The notes under the pieces are model-generated. The model made no database searches. It worked only from the letters and a program-made list of their open reading frames with translations, and was not told the origin of the DNA. The position numbers were made by a program, and so were the translations under genes. 64,000 bases of DNA from Hemiscyllium ocellatum. Taxonomy: Eukaryota. The DNA lies in NCBI RefSeq assembly GCF_020745735.1, contig NC_083409.1, forward strand, positions 9,785,534 to 9,849,533, written 5' to 3'. This document shows, piece by piece, positions 25,358-36,379 of this stretch (its first letter is position 1; every line of letters starts with the position of its first letter).

Positions 25358-25641
25358 AAGGCCTGGTGTAACGCTGCTGACAGTAATAGTCAGCGACATC
25401 CTCATTCTGAACGCTGCTGATTGTCAGGGTGAAACTGATCCCTGATCCACTGCCGTGAATCGATCGAGACTCCTGTGAATCGAGTTGCTGCATTGTAGAT
25501 CAGGAGAGAGGGTTTCTGACCTTCTCGCTGCTGGTACCAAGCAAGGTAAGTGATAATGTCTTCACTGGCTGTACAGGTGATGGTTGCAGTCTGGCCCCGT
25601 CCCACCGACAGACTGGCTCATGATGATGTCCCCGTTGATAC
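25358..25641 (-). pseudogene. IGKV: Ig kappa-type V exon, cluster 1 (V1), frameshifted pseudogene
   Basis: Acceptor ctctcAG at 25642-25643. Recognisable pieces are [11 protein letters not shown] / [44 protein letters not shown] / [25 protein letters not shown]. Relative to V2 there is an 11-nt deletion in FR1 and two 1-nt deletions in FR3 (net -13). Confidence 0.93.
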
Positions 25642-25827
25642 CTGAGAGGTCAGAGAGAAACACAGTGAAGTCAGAACTGTCATAGATAGAGCCTGCCAAA
25701 TGAGAGATTGTTGGAGACACTGAGCATTCCTCTGGTTTCAGCATTTTCCCTTCAATCACAAGTCAGTGGAATTGGAGTTAAATGGAGAGCAGCTAAAGAT
25801 TCAAGGTGGAAGGAGAGAGATTTGTAC

Positions 25828-25876
25828 CTGCGACACAGAATGCCAGGGGCCAGATCAGCTGGATGTGTGAAATCAT
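25828..25876 (-). CDS. IGKV: Leader exon of V1 (MISHIQLIWPLAFCVAG)
   Basis: ATG at 25876, hydrophobic 16 codons plus 1 nt, donor GCAG|GTACAA, short intron to the V acceptor. Confidence 0.9.
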
Positions 25877-25936
25877 GGTGTGTGCTCCTGTCCCTGTGCC
25901 TGGTTCCTGATAAACTCTCCCTTCACTGGGTTCTGC

Positions 25937-25990
25937 TTTATAAAGCTGCAGCCTGTGAGAGTCTGACTGGGTGTTCCTCAGTATGTAAAT
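25937..25990 (-). promoter_or_regulatory. V1 promoter: TATA box and variant octamer
   Basis: TTTATAAA at 25937-25944, ~60 nt upstream of ATG. ATTTACAT at 25983-25990 (one mismatch to the Ig octamer ATTTGCAT) sits at the expected position. Confidence 0.7.
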
Positions 25991-27029
25991 GGCATCAGGC
26001 AGGGAGAGCCATGTCAGTACCTCATATTTCCTCTTCTCTCTCTCTCTCTCTCTCTCCGCTTCTCTCTCTCTGTCTCAGAGAGGCATTGATGTGAACAGCA
26101 CTGAATGAGACCATTTGGCCCATTGTGTCTGTGCTGGTAAACAAAGATCTGATGACACTAATCCCATCCTCCAGCTCTTGGCCCATTACCCTGGAGGCAA
26201 CAGCAACACAAGGGAATATCTAAACACTGCCCCAATGTCTCGAGAGTTTGTGACTCAACCAGCCTTTCAGACAGTGAGTTGCAGACTCCCACCACCCTCT
26301 GGGTGTAAACATTTCTCCTCAACTCTACTCACACTCTCCAACTTGACTGGGCCTGGACTCACTGAAGTTTAGAAGGATGAGAGGGGATCTGATTGAAATG
26401 TATAAAATTCCAACAGGGCTGGGCAGGGAGGAGGTGTCCCCTGGGTGGGGAGTCTGGAACCAGGGACACAGTCTCAGGAGGATACAGGGTAGACCATTTT
26501 GGACTGAGATGAGGAAACATTTCTTCACTCAGAGAGTGGTCGACCTGTGGAATTCTCTACCACTGAAGGCTGTGGAGGATAAGAAACTGAATATATCCAA
26601 GAAAAAGAGAGAGATAATTGTTCTGCATTTTAACAGCATGAAGGGAATGGGGGAAAAGCAGGAATATGGTTTTGAGAGCGCGGATCAGTCACGATTATAG
26701 TGAATGACAGAGCAGACTCAAAGGGCGAATGGCCTATTCCTGCTCCTAGTTTCTCCGTGTTCATGTCTGTGTTACCTTCAATCTCTGTCCCTGGTTATTG
26801 ATTCCTTTACTCATGTAAAAAGTGCTTCCTACCCACTGTATCACTGCCCCAAATAATTTTATAACTCTCTACGAGGTTCCCTCTCAACCTTCACTGCTCC
26901 AAGGAAAACAACCCCAGTCCTTCCAATCGCCCCTCATAGCTGGCCCTCCAGCCCAGGCAGCATCCTGGTAAATCTCTGCCCCCTCTCAAGTACAATCACA
27001 TCCTTCCTAGAATGTGGTGACCAAGAACC

Positions 27030-27595
27030 TGTCCATTTGTCTTTCTCTCTTTCTCTGTCTCATAGCCACTTTCTACAACTCACTCACACTTCCACATTTC
27101 ATCAGATAATCTCTCTGTCTCCATCGCTCACTCCATCTCTCACTTCAATTGAATACCTCCAAATGTTAACTACCCCTTTTTATTCCTCCCTCTGTCTCTC
27201 TCTCTCTCTCCCTCCCTCTCTCTCTGCATCCCAATCTAAAGTCTCTCTCCCTCCCTCTCTGAGATTCTGTCTCTAACCATACTCATGTCTCTCTTCTCTC
27301 TGTCTGTCTCTCTCTCTCTCTCACACGCAACCCTACCTTGTCTCTCCTAATTCCCTTCACTCTTGGTATCACACCCATCCTGTCTCTTTCTCTCTCTCCA
27401 TCCCTCTCAGTCACATCTTGTTCTCTCTCGTTATCCCTCAACCTCACCATTTCTACCTCCCTCTACCTCGCTCTTGGTCCCCTCAAATATCTCAAATGTC
27501 TCAGATGCTCCTCCTTCCACCCCTTGATCTCTCTCTCTATCTCTCTCTCTCTCTACCTCTCTGCTTGTCTCGCTTCTCTCTCTGTGTCAGTGTCC
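27030..27595. repeat. CT-rich low-complexity/microsatellite tract (paralog ~46495-46940)
   Basis: Runs of (CT)n / (TC)n. Confidence 0.9.
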
Positions 27596-28059
27596 CGGGT
27601 AGTGAGAGTTGAATTCACGATAAATTTCCCTCTGCTCTGCCCCACTAATGGATGCTAACCCTTCACCCCTGCCTGGAGTGAGGCCTCATTTCCCACATTC
27701 ACCAGGGTTTGACCTCTCTCAGGAAGACTGAGAGATTCTTGTCAAATGAAGGGCAGTTCTGTGCTGTTGGCCTATTCTCACTGGGGACTAGTTTGGACAC
27801 AAACCTTATTCCATGAAGGCCCAGCAGAGAGAGGAGATCCTCAGGCCATCAGTGTCAGTTGGAGGGATAGGACAGGCTCTGACCCACTGACCCATCCTGT
27901 CCATTCACAACATGGTCCAATCCTTTCCCCTTTCCTTCCCCTTCCATGATCAGTCTTTAAGTCAGACTATTTGACTGGGATTATGGTCAGAGCATCACAC
28001 AGTTACAACAGAATGGAACTGAACTCCACACGCACCATGGTGTCCATGATGCACTGGAC

Positions 28060-28430
28060 ACTCCAGCAGAGCCCAGTAAACATGGACTTCACTTCACGGA
28101 GCTGCCCAATGGAGAGACATGGGCCTCCTTCCCATTGAACCTCCAAAAGAGACCAGTAAACATGGGCTTCCTTCCCATTCAATCTCCCAACAGAGTCCAG
28201 TAAAACATAGAATTCCATTCACAGGACTGACCAATGGAGAGACATGGGCCTCCTTCTCACTGAATTGAGACCAGTAAGCATGGGCCTCCTTCCTGTTGGA
28301 TCCTCCAATACAGACCACTAAACATTGGTTTCCTTCCTACTGTACTCTCCAAGAGAGACCAGTAAACATGGACCTCCTTCTGACTGGATCCTCCAATAGA
28401 GACCAGTAAACATGGGCCCCCTATTCACTG
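28060..28430. repeat. ~41-bp minisatellite (core ccagtaaacatgggcctcc), resuming at ~29690-29820 after a LINE insertion
   Basis: The core is repeated many times with divergent remainders. Copy B has fewer units (~47440-47570 and ~48810-48940). Confidence 0.8.
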
Positions 28431-29662
28431 GAGTTTCCGATGGAGACGAGTAGATGACTGAGTTTTTGAAGAAGTAATCAAGAAGGTAGATAAAGGTAGA
28501 GCAGTACACTTTGGCTACATGGGCTTTAGCAAGGCCTTAGACAAGGTTCCCTATGGTAGACTGCTCAGTAAGATTTATATCATAGAGGATCCAGGGAGAG
28601 CTCACCAATTGGATATAAAATTGGCCTGATGGTAGGAGGCTGAGGCTGGTGAGAGAGGGTTGTTCTTCAGACTGGAGGCCAGTGACCAACTGTCTGTCAC
28701 AAGAATCGATCCTGGATCCACTGTTGTTCATCATTTACATGAACAATTTGGATGAGAAAATAGCAGGAATAGGTCAGGAAGTTTGTGGCTGACATTAAAA
28801 TTGTTGGCATTGTAGCAGGGAAGAAGGTTATCTAAGAGTGCAATGTCATCTTGATCAACTGGGCCAGTGGGTCAAGAAATCCAGATGGAGTTTAATTCCG
28901 ATAAATGGAAGGAGTTGCATTTTGGTAAGACAAAACAGGGCAGGAATTACACAATTAATGGTAGAGCCATGGGGAGTGTTGTTGAACAGAGAGACTGAGG
29001 GGTACAGGTACCTAATTCCTTGGAAGTGGTGTCACAGGTAGACAGGGTGGTGAAGAAGGTATTTGGCACGCTCACTTTCACTGGTCAAATCAGGGAGTAC
29101 AGGAGCTGTACAAGGCATTGGGAAGGCCACATTTGGACACAGTGTGCATTTCTGCTCACCCTTCCAAGGAAGGAAGTTATTACACTGGTTTGGATAAAAG
29201 AAAGATGAACAGGGATGTTATCAAGATTGGAGGGTTTGAATGACAAGACGAGGATGAATAGGCCGAGATGTTTTTCCAGGAAATTCAGGAGATTAAGGGG
29301 TGACCTTATAGAGGTTTATAGAATCATGAGGGTCAAAGCTAAAGTGAATAGCCAAAGTCTTTTCCCCAGGGTAGGAGAGTCCAGTACGAAAAGGAATAGG
29401 TTAAAGGAATAGGGGAAAGAATTAGAAGGAAACTGAGGGGCAACATTTTCACTCAGAGGTTAGTGTGTATGTGTAATGAGCTGCCAGAGGAAATGGGAGA
29501 GGTGAGTACAATTACTACATTTCAAGGACATTTTTACAGGAACATGGATAGGAAGGATTTAGAGAGGATTGGGCCAAACACAGGCAAATGGGACTAGTTC
29601 AGTTTTGGATACTTGGTCGGCATGGATGAGTTGAGCTGAAGGGCCTGATCCCATGCTGTAAA
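28430..29662 (+). mobile_element. CR1-type LINE 3' half (paralog ~47570-48795)
   Basis: RT motifs and 3' UTR; present in both duplicates. Confidence 0.85.
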
Positions 29663-31065
29663 TCTGTGATAATATATACATTGACCACCTTCCCATAGAA
29701 CCAGTAAACATGGACCTATTTCCACTGGAACCTCCAATAGACACCAATAAACATGGACCTCCTTCCCACTGGATGCTCCAGAAGAGACCAGTAAACATGG
29801 GCCTCCTTCTCTCGAGACTATCCAGTACCTGAGCTGCAAACCGCACATCTTCTCCATCACGTAGGTCGTTTATTTCAATCTCAGCGACATTGTCTGTCTC
29901 TGCACTACCTCAGCCTCTTGACCACAGAAAGTCCAATTCCTGCTCGTCCTGCCCCTAACTCTATGATTACAATGTCCTCTCCCAGCGTACTGAAGCCATA
30001 AACCCTAACTTGTCTAATATGCAGTGGCCCCTTACCTGTCTTACTCATTTGTCATTCCAGAATGACCCCTGACCTCACTGCCAGTCAATTGCCTCGATGA
30101 CCTCCCTCCTCCCTCACTCTGTGTTCTGCTGCAGACTCACGTTCCCTCCCTCTCCCTTCCATCTTCTGTCTCTGGTCTACTTCCGATTGCGGTTTACTCC
30201 ATCCCACTATTGACAACAGAGCCTTCAGACCCCTTGAGCATGCTCTCTGACCTCCTGCCCTTCATCCCTTTCCCACTCAATGGTTGTGCTATTGAATATC
30301 CTGTTCAGTGCCATCACTTTTGGTTCACTGTTCCCTTGTCATTGATTTGATGAATTATTCCACATCAGTAAATCTAGTCTGGCCTGTTCCCTGAGTTGGT
30401 TCAAGAGTGTTTTCCTTGAGAGAAACACTCTTCTGTAAACTGGGTTGTCTGTTTCTCCCAGTCTTTGTGTAAAGGTGAGTCTAAGTGTGTGTGAGCTCTT
30501 ATACAGAACAGACAGTGGTCACTGGGCCTATTGTGAGTGTCAGTCAAATGAGTCCAATGAGTCCCATTTCCTCAGCCCTTCCTGTATAACCCTGCAATTA
30601 TTTCCTTTTCAGCTATTTCTCCAAATGCCCTTTTGAAAGTTGCTGTTGAATCCACTTCCACTCACCTTGCAGACAGTCATCATGAACTCGCTGGATAAAA
30701 ATGTTCCTATCTTCTCTCTTGTGCTTCAGACCCTTTCTGAAATGTGTGCCCTCTGGTTACTGACCCTCCTGCCTGGAGAAACAATTTGTCCTGTATTTAC
30801 TGCATCCAGACTCTCTAATTGTGAACCCCTCATTGAGTGAGAACTATTTCCAGCACAGGGGGAGAACATTCAGCCTGTCAGGTAAATGCTGTCATTTCAT
30901 GGAGCAATCCAGTCAGTCCCCTACTCGACCCCCAGAGCCTTGCAGGTTTATTCCATCAAGAGCCCATCCAATCTGCCATTGCAATCACTGAGTGTCTTCA
31001 CCTGCCTCACCTGAATGGGCACTAATTTCCAATCATTACCAATTACTGCTTAAAACAAAATGCTC

Positions 31066-31290
31066 ATTGCCCTTCGATGTGAAGGGCACTGCTTGTCACA
31101 GGCCACTCGGGTGTTTTCCTACTTTTCCTGGTGGTGGAAATTGAATAAAGATTTGTACACTTGTCTCCCACTGTGCCTCACACCTGCACACACACACCAT
31201 GGGTGCTGGGGATAAAAATAATAAGCACTACCGCAGTTAGGCGGTAGTGTGGGGGGTTAAGAAAAAAAAAGGAGTGTAGGAACACTGCTT
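31066..31290 (+). mobile_element. Unclassified repeat with AATAAA and a perfect 9-bp hairpin
   Basis: Matches 14181-14410; CACTACCGC-agttag-GCGGTAGTG at 31226-31249. Confidence 0.7.
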
Positions 31291-31397
31291 GTCACTGGAC
31301 CAAAAAAAAGAAAAGAAAAAAAAGAAAGAAAAGAAAAAAATAAACAGGAGTGTTTTGATGTGAAAAAAAAAATAAAACAAAATGCTTTCTGACAGCC

Positions 31398-31410
31398 NNN
31401 NNNNNNNNNN
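31398..31410. other. Assembly gap (13 N)
   Basis: Run of n between the two duplicated units. Confidence 0.99.
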
Positions 31411-32442
31411 GCTTGTTGGGCCAAATGGCCTGTTTCCACACTGTGGAGTCTGTGACAGTCCCATTCCAGATTCCCATCACCCAGAATTAAAATCTATTTC
31501 CCAAATCTCATTTATGATGTTCGTAATGAAACCATTCATTTTGTCTTGTCTCGTTTAGCTCTTGTGCTCCTTGTTCGATAAATATTTTTTTTTCAATAAA
31601 ATATGAGCCTCTTGATGGGCTTTAACCTTGTTCAATCAGGGAGCCCCGGCTGACAGATAAAAAGCGGAGTGTCAGAAGGACTGATACTCTGGGACCTGAC
31701 TCTGAATAACAACCTGCCGACCATCCCCCTCCTTCTGTCACCCTCAACCTCCCCATGCTTACTCTTGATTCCCCATCAATCCAGGTTGTGCTGCCTTTGG
31801 AGAGGTTGGCCTTCCTTCCATTCCTAATGAAGAGCTTATGCCCAAAGCATTGATTATCCTGCTCCTCGGATGCTGCCTGACCTGCTACCGTTTCCCGGCA
31901 ACACTCTATTGACTCTGATCTCTACCATCTGCAGTCTTCACTTTCTCCTTCCCTCCAGCACCCAGGAAAGTGGATATCATCCCAGAAGAGCACAGTCCCA
32001 CTCACTCATTACAGACAGAGATGACTGGTGGTGTGTTTAACCTGAGGGTCTCGACAGCTGAGGCAGGAGGAGTGAAGGTGGCACCTTCATGGTGGTAGCA
32101 CCCTTCATTAATCCACTGCAATTCCTCTTGGAGCTGCAAGAATTCAGCCTCACTCACTGCTCTCCTCCCTGTAAGGTAATATTGCTGCATCTAGTTTAGA
32201 GCTAATTGACCATTGAAATATGACTATGGCTAGTCAGCATTGGCTGAGCAGGCAGCCTATACTGCAAGGATCCCAGCTCCAAAAAATCCCCTTGTAATTG
32301 GGGAGCACATTAGGGAGCACAGTGTGCACTGCCTCTGAAATCCCTCCCTTACTGAGAATACACTCTCAGTATTCACCTTTCTCAGCTGCCATCTCAATTT
32401 CGCTGTAAATTCTGTGAACTATGATCCTGCCCCACTAGCTGC

Positions 32443-32471
32443 CTGATGAAGGAGCAGTGCTCTGAAAGCTT
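32443..32471 (+). ncRNA. Minimal type-I hammerhead ribozyme motif in a PLE pLTR remnant
   Basis: CTGATGA-A-GGAGC(agt)GCTCT-GAAA-GCTT, with 3-bp stem I potential. Confidence 0.55.
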
Positions 32472-32703
32472 GTACTTCCAAAGAAACCTGTTGGACTATA
32501 ACCTGGTGTTGTGTGATTTCTTAACCTTGGCCACCTCAATGAGCTGCCATCTCAGACTGAGTTGTTTTTCTTCCGAGATTTGACAACATTAAAGCCTAAT
32601 CTTCATCCCCATCACAAAGCCCATTCTCTACCCATCACTCAGAGATAAATACTTCAGAGACACCGACAGGCAGCACAGAGTAACACACTCCCACTCATTG
32701 AGA

Positions 32704-32936
32704 TACAAAGTTAAAAATCACACAACACCTGGTTATAGTCCCTCAGGTTTAATTGGAAGTACAAGCTTTCGGAGCACCGCTCCATCATCAGGTGGTTGTG
32801 GAGGATTCTTCCTTGATGATGGAGTGGCGCTCTGAAAGCTAGTGTGCTTCCAATTAAAACCTGTTGGACTATAACGTGGTGTTCCGTGATTTTTAACTTT
32901 GTACACCCCAGTCCAACACCGGCATCTCCAAATCAT
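32704..32936. mobile_element. Inverted pair of Penelope-like pLTR fragments, copy B only
   Basis: Arms 32704-32791 and 32813-32903 are reverse complements with mismatches, and each carries a hammerhead-like core. Confidence 0.8.
32763..32791 (-). ncRNA. Minimal type-I hammerhead ribozyme motif
   Basis: Minus strand: CTGATGA-T-GGAGC(ggt)GCTCC-GAAA-GCTT, with a perfect 5-bp stem II. Confidence 0.6.
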
Positions 32937-33305
32937 TGCACTGCCTACAGCCAGTGCAGAATAACACACACACAGAGACACCTACAGGCAACACTGAGTA
33001 ACACACACACTCAGAGAGTCAGGCAGCATTGAATAACATGCTCACACTCCATGCTGCCTGTAGGTGTCTCTGTGAATAACTAACCCACTCTCAGATTGGC
33101 ACCGACAGGCAGCATTATGTCGGACTCTCGCACTCAGAGGGACACGCAGCCTGCAGTGTCAGTGATTGGCCTCAGATTATTTCAGGTACAACACAGCATG
33201 CAGCAAAGAGTGCAGAGTGTGATCCCAGCACCTGAGCCTGGACCACAGAGTAAAGAGGGAATGCCTAAGATTGTAATTATTGAGTCCTCACAACTTTCTG
33301 TTTCT

Positions 33306-34718
33306 AGGTTAAAAACAAGGACTGCAGATGCTGGAAACCAGAGGCGAGATCAGAGTGGTGCTGGAAAAGCACAGCAGCTCAGGAAGCATCCAAGGAGCAG
33401 AAAAATCAACATTTTGGGCAAAAGGCCTTCATAAGGATTAGAGGCAGGGTGCCTGCAGAGTGGAGAGATAAATAAGAGGGGGTGGGGAGAAAGTAGCATG
33501 GAGTACAATAGGTGAATTGGGGATGGGGATGGAGGTGATAGGTCAGAGAGGAGGATGGGGGAAGGTAGCAAAGAGTACAATAGGTGAGTGGGGGTGGGGA
33601 TGGAGGTGATAGGTCAGAGAGGAGGGTGGAGTGGCTAGGTGGAAAGGAAGATAAGCAGGTAGGACAGGTCATGAGGATGGTGCTGAGCTGGAAGTTTGGA
33701 GCTGGGGTGAGGTGGGGAAGGGGAAATGAGGAAACTGGTGACATCCACATTGATGCCATGAGATTGAAGTGTTCCGAGGTGGAAGCTGAGGTGTTCTTCC
33801 TTCAGGCGTCGGGTGGTGAGGGAGCGACGGCGGAGGATGCCCAGGACTTGGCTGTACTTGGCAGAGTGGGAGGGGGAGTTGAAATGTTGGGCCACAGGGC
33901 GGTGGGGTTGATTGGTGTGGTTGTCCTGGAGATGTTCCCTAAAGCGCTCTGCAAGGAGGCGTCCAGTCTCCTCAATGTAGAGGAGACCGCATCGGGAGCA
34001 ACAGATACAATAAATGATATTGGTGGGTGTGCTGGTAAAAATTTGATGGATGTGGAAGGCTCCTTTGGGGCCTTAGATGGAGGTGAGGGAGGAGGTGTTG
34101 GCAGAGGTTTTGCAATTCATGCGATGGCAGGGGAGGGTGCCAGGAAGGGAGGGTGGGTTGTTGGGGGACGTGGACCTGACCACGTAGTCACGGAGGGAAC
34201 GGTCTTTGCGGAAAGCAGGAATGGGTGGGGAGGGAAATATATCCATGGTGGTTGGGTCCATTTGGAGGTGGCGGAAATGTCGTCGGATGATGTGGTTTAT
34301 GCGAAGGATGGTAGGGTGGAAGGTGAGCACCGGGGTGGGGGGGGGGGGGGGGGGGTGGAGTTCCGTCCTTGTTATGGTTGGAGGGGTGGGGTTTGAGGGC
34401 GGAGGAGTGGAATGTGGATGAGATGGAGGGCATCTTTGACCACATGGGAAGGGAAATTGCGGTCTCTAATGAAGGATGCCATCTGGTGTGTTCTGTTGTG
34501 GAACTGGTCCTCCTGGGAGCAAATATGGTGGAGGCAGAGGAATTGGGAATACGGGATGGCATTTTTGCAGGAGGTAGGGTGGGAAGAAGTGGAATCCTCG
34601 GTGTTGGTGGGTTTTGTAAAATATGTCAGTGTCAAGTCGGTCATCATTAATGGAGATGGAGAAGTCCAGGAAGGGGAGGGAGGTGTCAGAGATGGTCCAG
34701 GTGGTCATTAATGGAGAT
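33306..34718 (-). mobile_element. 5'-truncated Penelope-like retroelement (RT thumb, GIY-YIG endonuclease, pLTR), copy B only
   Basis: Minus-strand peptides SSHPTSCKNAIPYSQFLCLHHICS and IYCICCSRCGLLYIEETGRLLAERFREHL...VAQHFNSPSHS. Frameshifted; absent at the paralogous site ~13955. Confidence 0.88.
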
Positions 34719-34934
34719 CTGTTAGGAATCTTGTAACCTCCACAGATTCCAGATCAAAGGGATCATTTGAAAGTGATTGATGATTGGCTGTCAGTATCCT
34801 CTACAACAGATGTGTCATTGATTGACAGGCCAATGAGCCAATTGTGACAATGCCATGCTGAAATGCAGCCAATCAGCTGAATGGAGTGGTCAATCTCCAA
34901 AGCACACAGAGACAGAGACTGAATCTTCTTCATC

Positions 34935-34940
34935 TTTATT
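34935..34940 (-). terminator. Probable polyadenylation signal of C2
   Basis: First AATAAA on the minus strand downstream of the C2 stop that I could find (~530 nt away). The paralogous position in cluster 1 (~14443) reads GATAAA. Confidence 0.45.
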
Positions 34941-35468
34941 CCCTTTTCCAGATTGACATTGACAGAAAACAGTCAGCAATTAACAGCCCAGACAGAGGAA
35001 GCTGCACAAATTCACAGCCACAATGGAACTTGAGGAAAACACTTGTGGAGATTTTCTCAATAACATAAGAATCCTGTAAATTCAAACAGTGACAAAACCT
35101 TAAATTGGAACTGGCGGCTGAGCAGGAAGGAGATCTGGTTTACTGAAGCAGAGACTTCTGAGGTTCACATTGTTTTGTACAGCTGACAGTCTTCAGCAAC
35201 TTCAAGAGATTTTACTTGGCATCACAAATCAACCATGTCCCAATCAAACACTCCCAGAACAGGGACAGCATCGGGTTTGACACAGCGTAAAGCTCTATCT
35301 ACAGTGTCCCAATGACCTGCCTTAACCCCCTGAAATTCAGAAGTGTCCCCTAGGCCAATCCTGAGAAGGAAGAGAGTTGAAATTCAGTGCTGACAATGAC
35401 CTTTGTCCTGCCAGCTCAGCCCTGTTCTATTTAAAGTTGTGTCTCCTCTGTGGACTGTCTGAAACACT

Positions 35469-35797
35469 CTACACACATTCTGATCTCCTGATGCTCTTGC
35501 TGAGGGGAGAGGAGAGGGTCATGTGGGTGAGGGCACAGGAGAAACGAGCGTTGGACTCCCAGTCAGACCCAGAGAGGGTCAGCAGGCTGCCGACACTGTA
35601 GGTGCTGTCCGAAGCTCGCAGGTAGTTGCTGGTATGAACCCCGTCCAAAATGACTGCACCGTCCTTCTTCCACTGCACCTCCAGCTCATCGGGATAGAAG
35701 TGATTGGCAAGGCACACCAGGGTGGCCGTGCCCTTGGCATTGACCTGCTCCGGGAAGGGGGGCAGCAGGGTCAGCTTGGGCTGAGAGTTGTCATGGC
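35469..35797 (-). CDS. IGKC: Ig kappa-type light-chain constant exon, cluster 2 (C2), intact
   Basis: Acceptor ttgtttctcttgtctttcAG at 35798-35799. Translates (S)HDNSQPKLTLLPPFPEQVNAKGTATLVCLANHFYPDELEVQWKKDGAVILDGVHTSNYLRASDSTYSVGSLLTLSGSDWESNARFSCALTHMTLSSPLSKSIRRSECV*; all canonical Cys/Trp present. Confidence 0.95.
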
Positions 35798-36379
35798 CTG
35801 AAAGACAAGAGAAACAATTTTAATCCCTGCCATTTGAAGTGATTTCAACTGTCAGAATATTCACTGATAAAATGTTTGAACATTTGTAGCCAGTACCTAA
35901 CAAACACCAGAAAAGAACAGGCATTGTTTAAGTTGCTTCTTGGGATATGAGTGTCACTGATAGGATCAGCATTTATTGCCCATCCATAATCACCCAGAGG
36001 GCAGTTTAGAGTCAACCAAATTGTTGTGGGTCTGGAGTCACTTGGTAAGGATGGTAGTTTCCTTCCCTAAAGGACATCAGGGAATAAGATGGCTTTTTCC
36101 TGACAATCAACAATTGTTTCATGGTCATCATTCGACACTTAATTGCAGATTTTTTTATTGAATTCACATTCCACCATCTGCTGCCACAGGATTCTAACTC
36201 TGGCCCCCAGAACATTAATCTGGATCTCTGGATGAACAGCTCAGCAATAGTACCATTAAATCATCACCTCCTTTATCTTATTTTTAGTTGAGTGTGAAAG
36301 CAAGAAGTTTGTTTCTGAACAGGATGATTCTGAAAAGCACAACTGAAAGACTTCCAGTTCATCCCAAAAACGATTAGTT

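Larger units (their letters stand above)
12563..31062. repeat. Segmental duplication, copy A (whole IgL cluster 1)
   Basis: Colinear similarity to 32124-50208 in unique DNA, Ig exons and shared LINE/minisatellite insertions. It runs from cctcttggagctgcaag to gggcactaatttccaa...aaaa. Confidence 0.88.

Noticed and set aside
25661-25667. Extra CACAGTG heptamer in the V1 leader intron
   Set aside because: No nonamer at the correct spacing, and it is absent from V2.
28060-28430. Regularly spaced repeats resembling a CRISPR array
   Set aside because: The inter-core sequences are homologous to each other (minisatellite), the DNA is vertebrate, and there are no cas genes.
33584-34396. Longest ORF in the track (270 aa, + strand)
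   Set aside because: Gly/Val-rich antisense shadow of the Penelope RT/GIY-YIG region on the minus strand.
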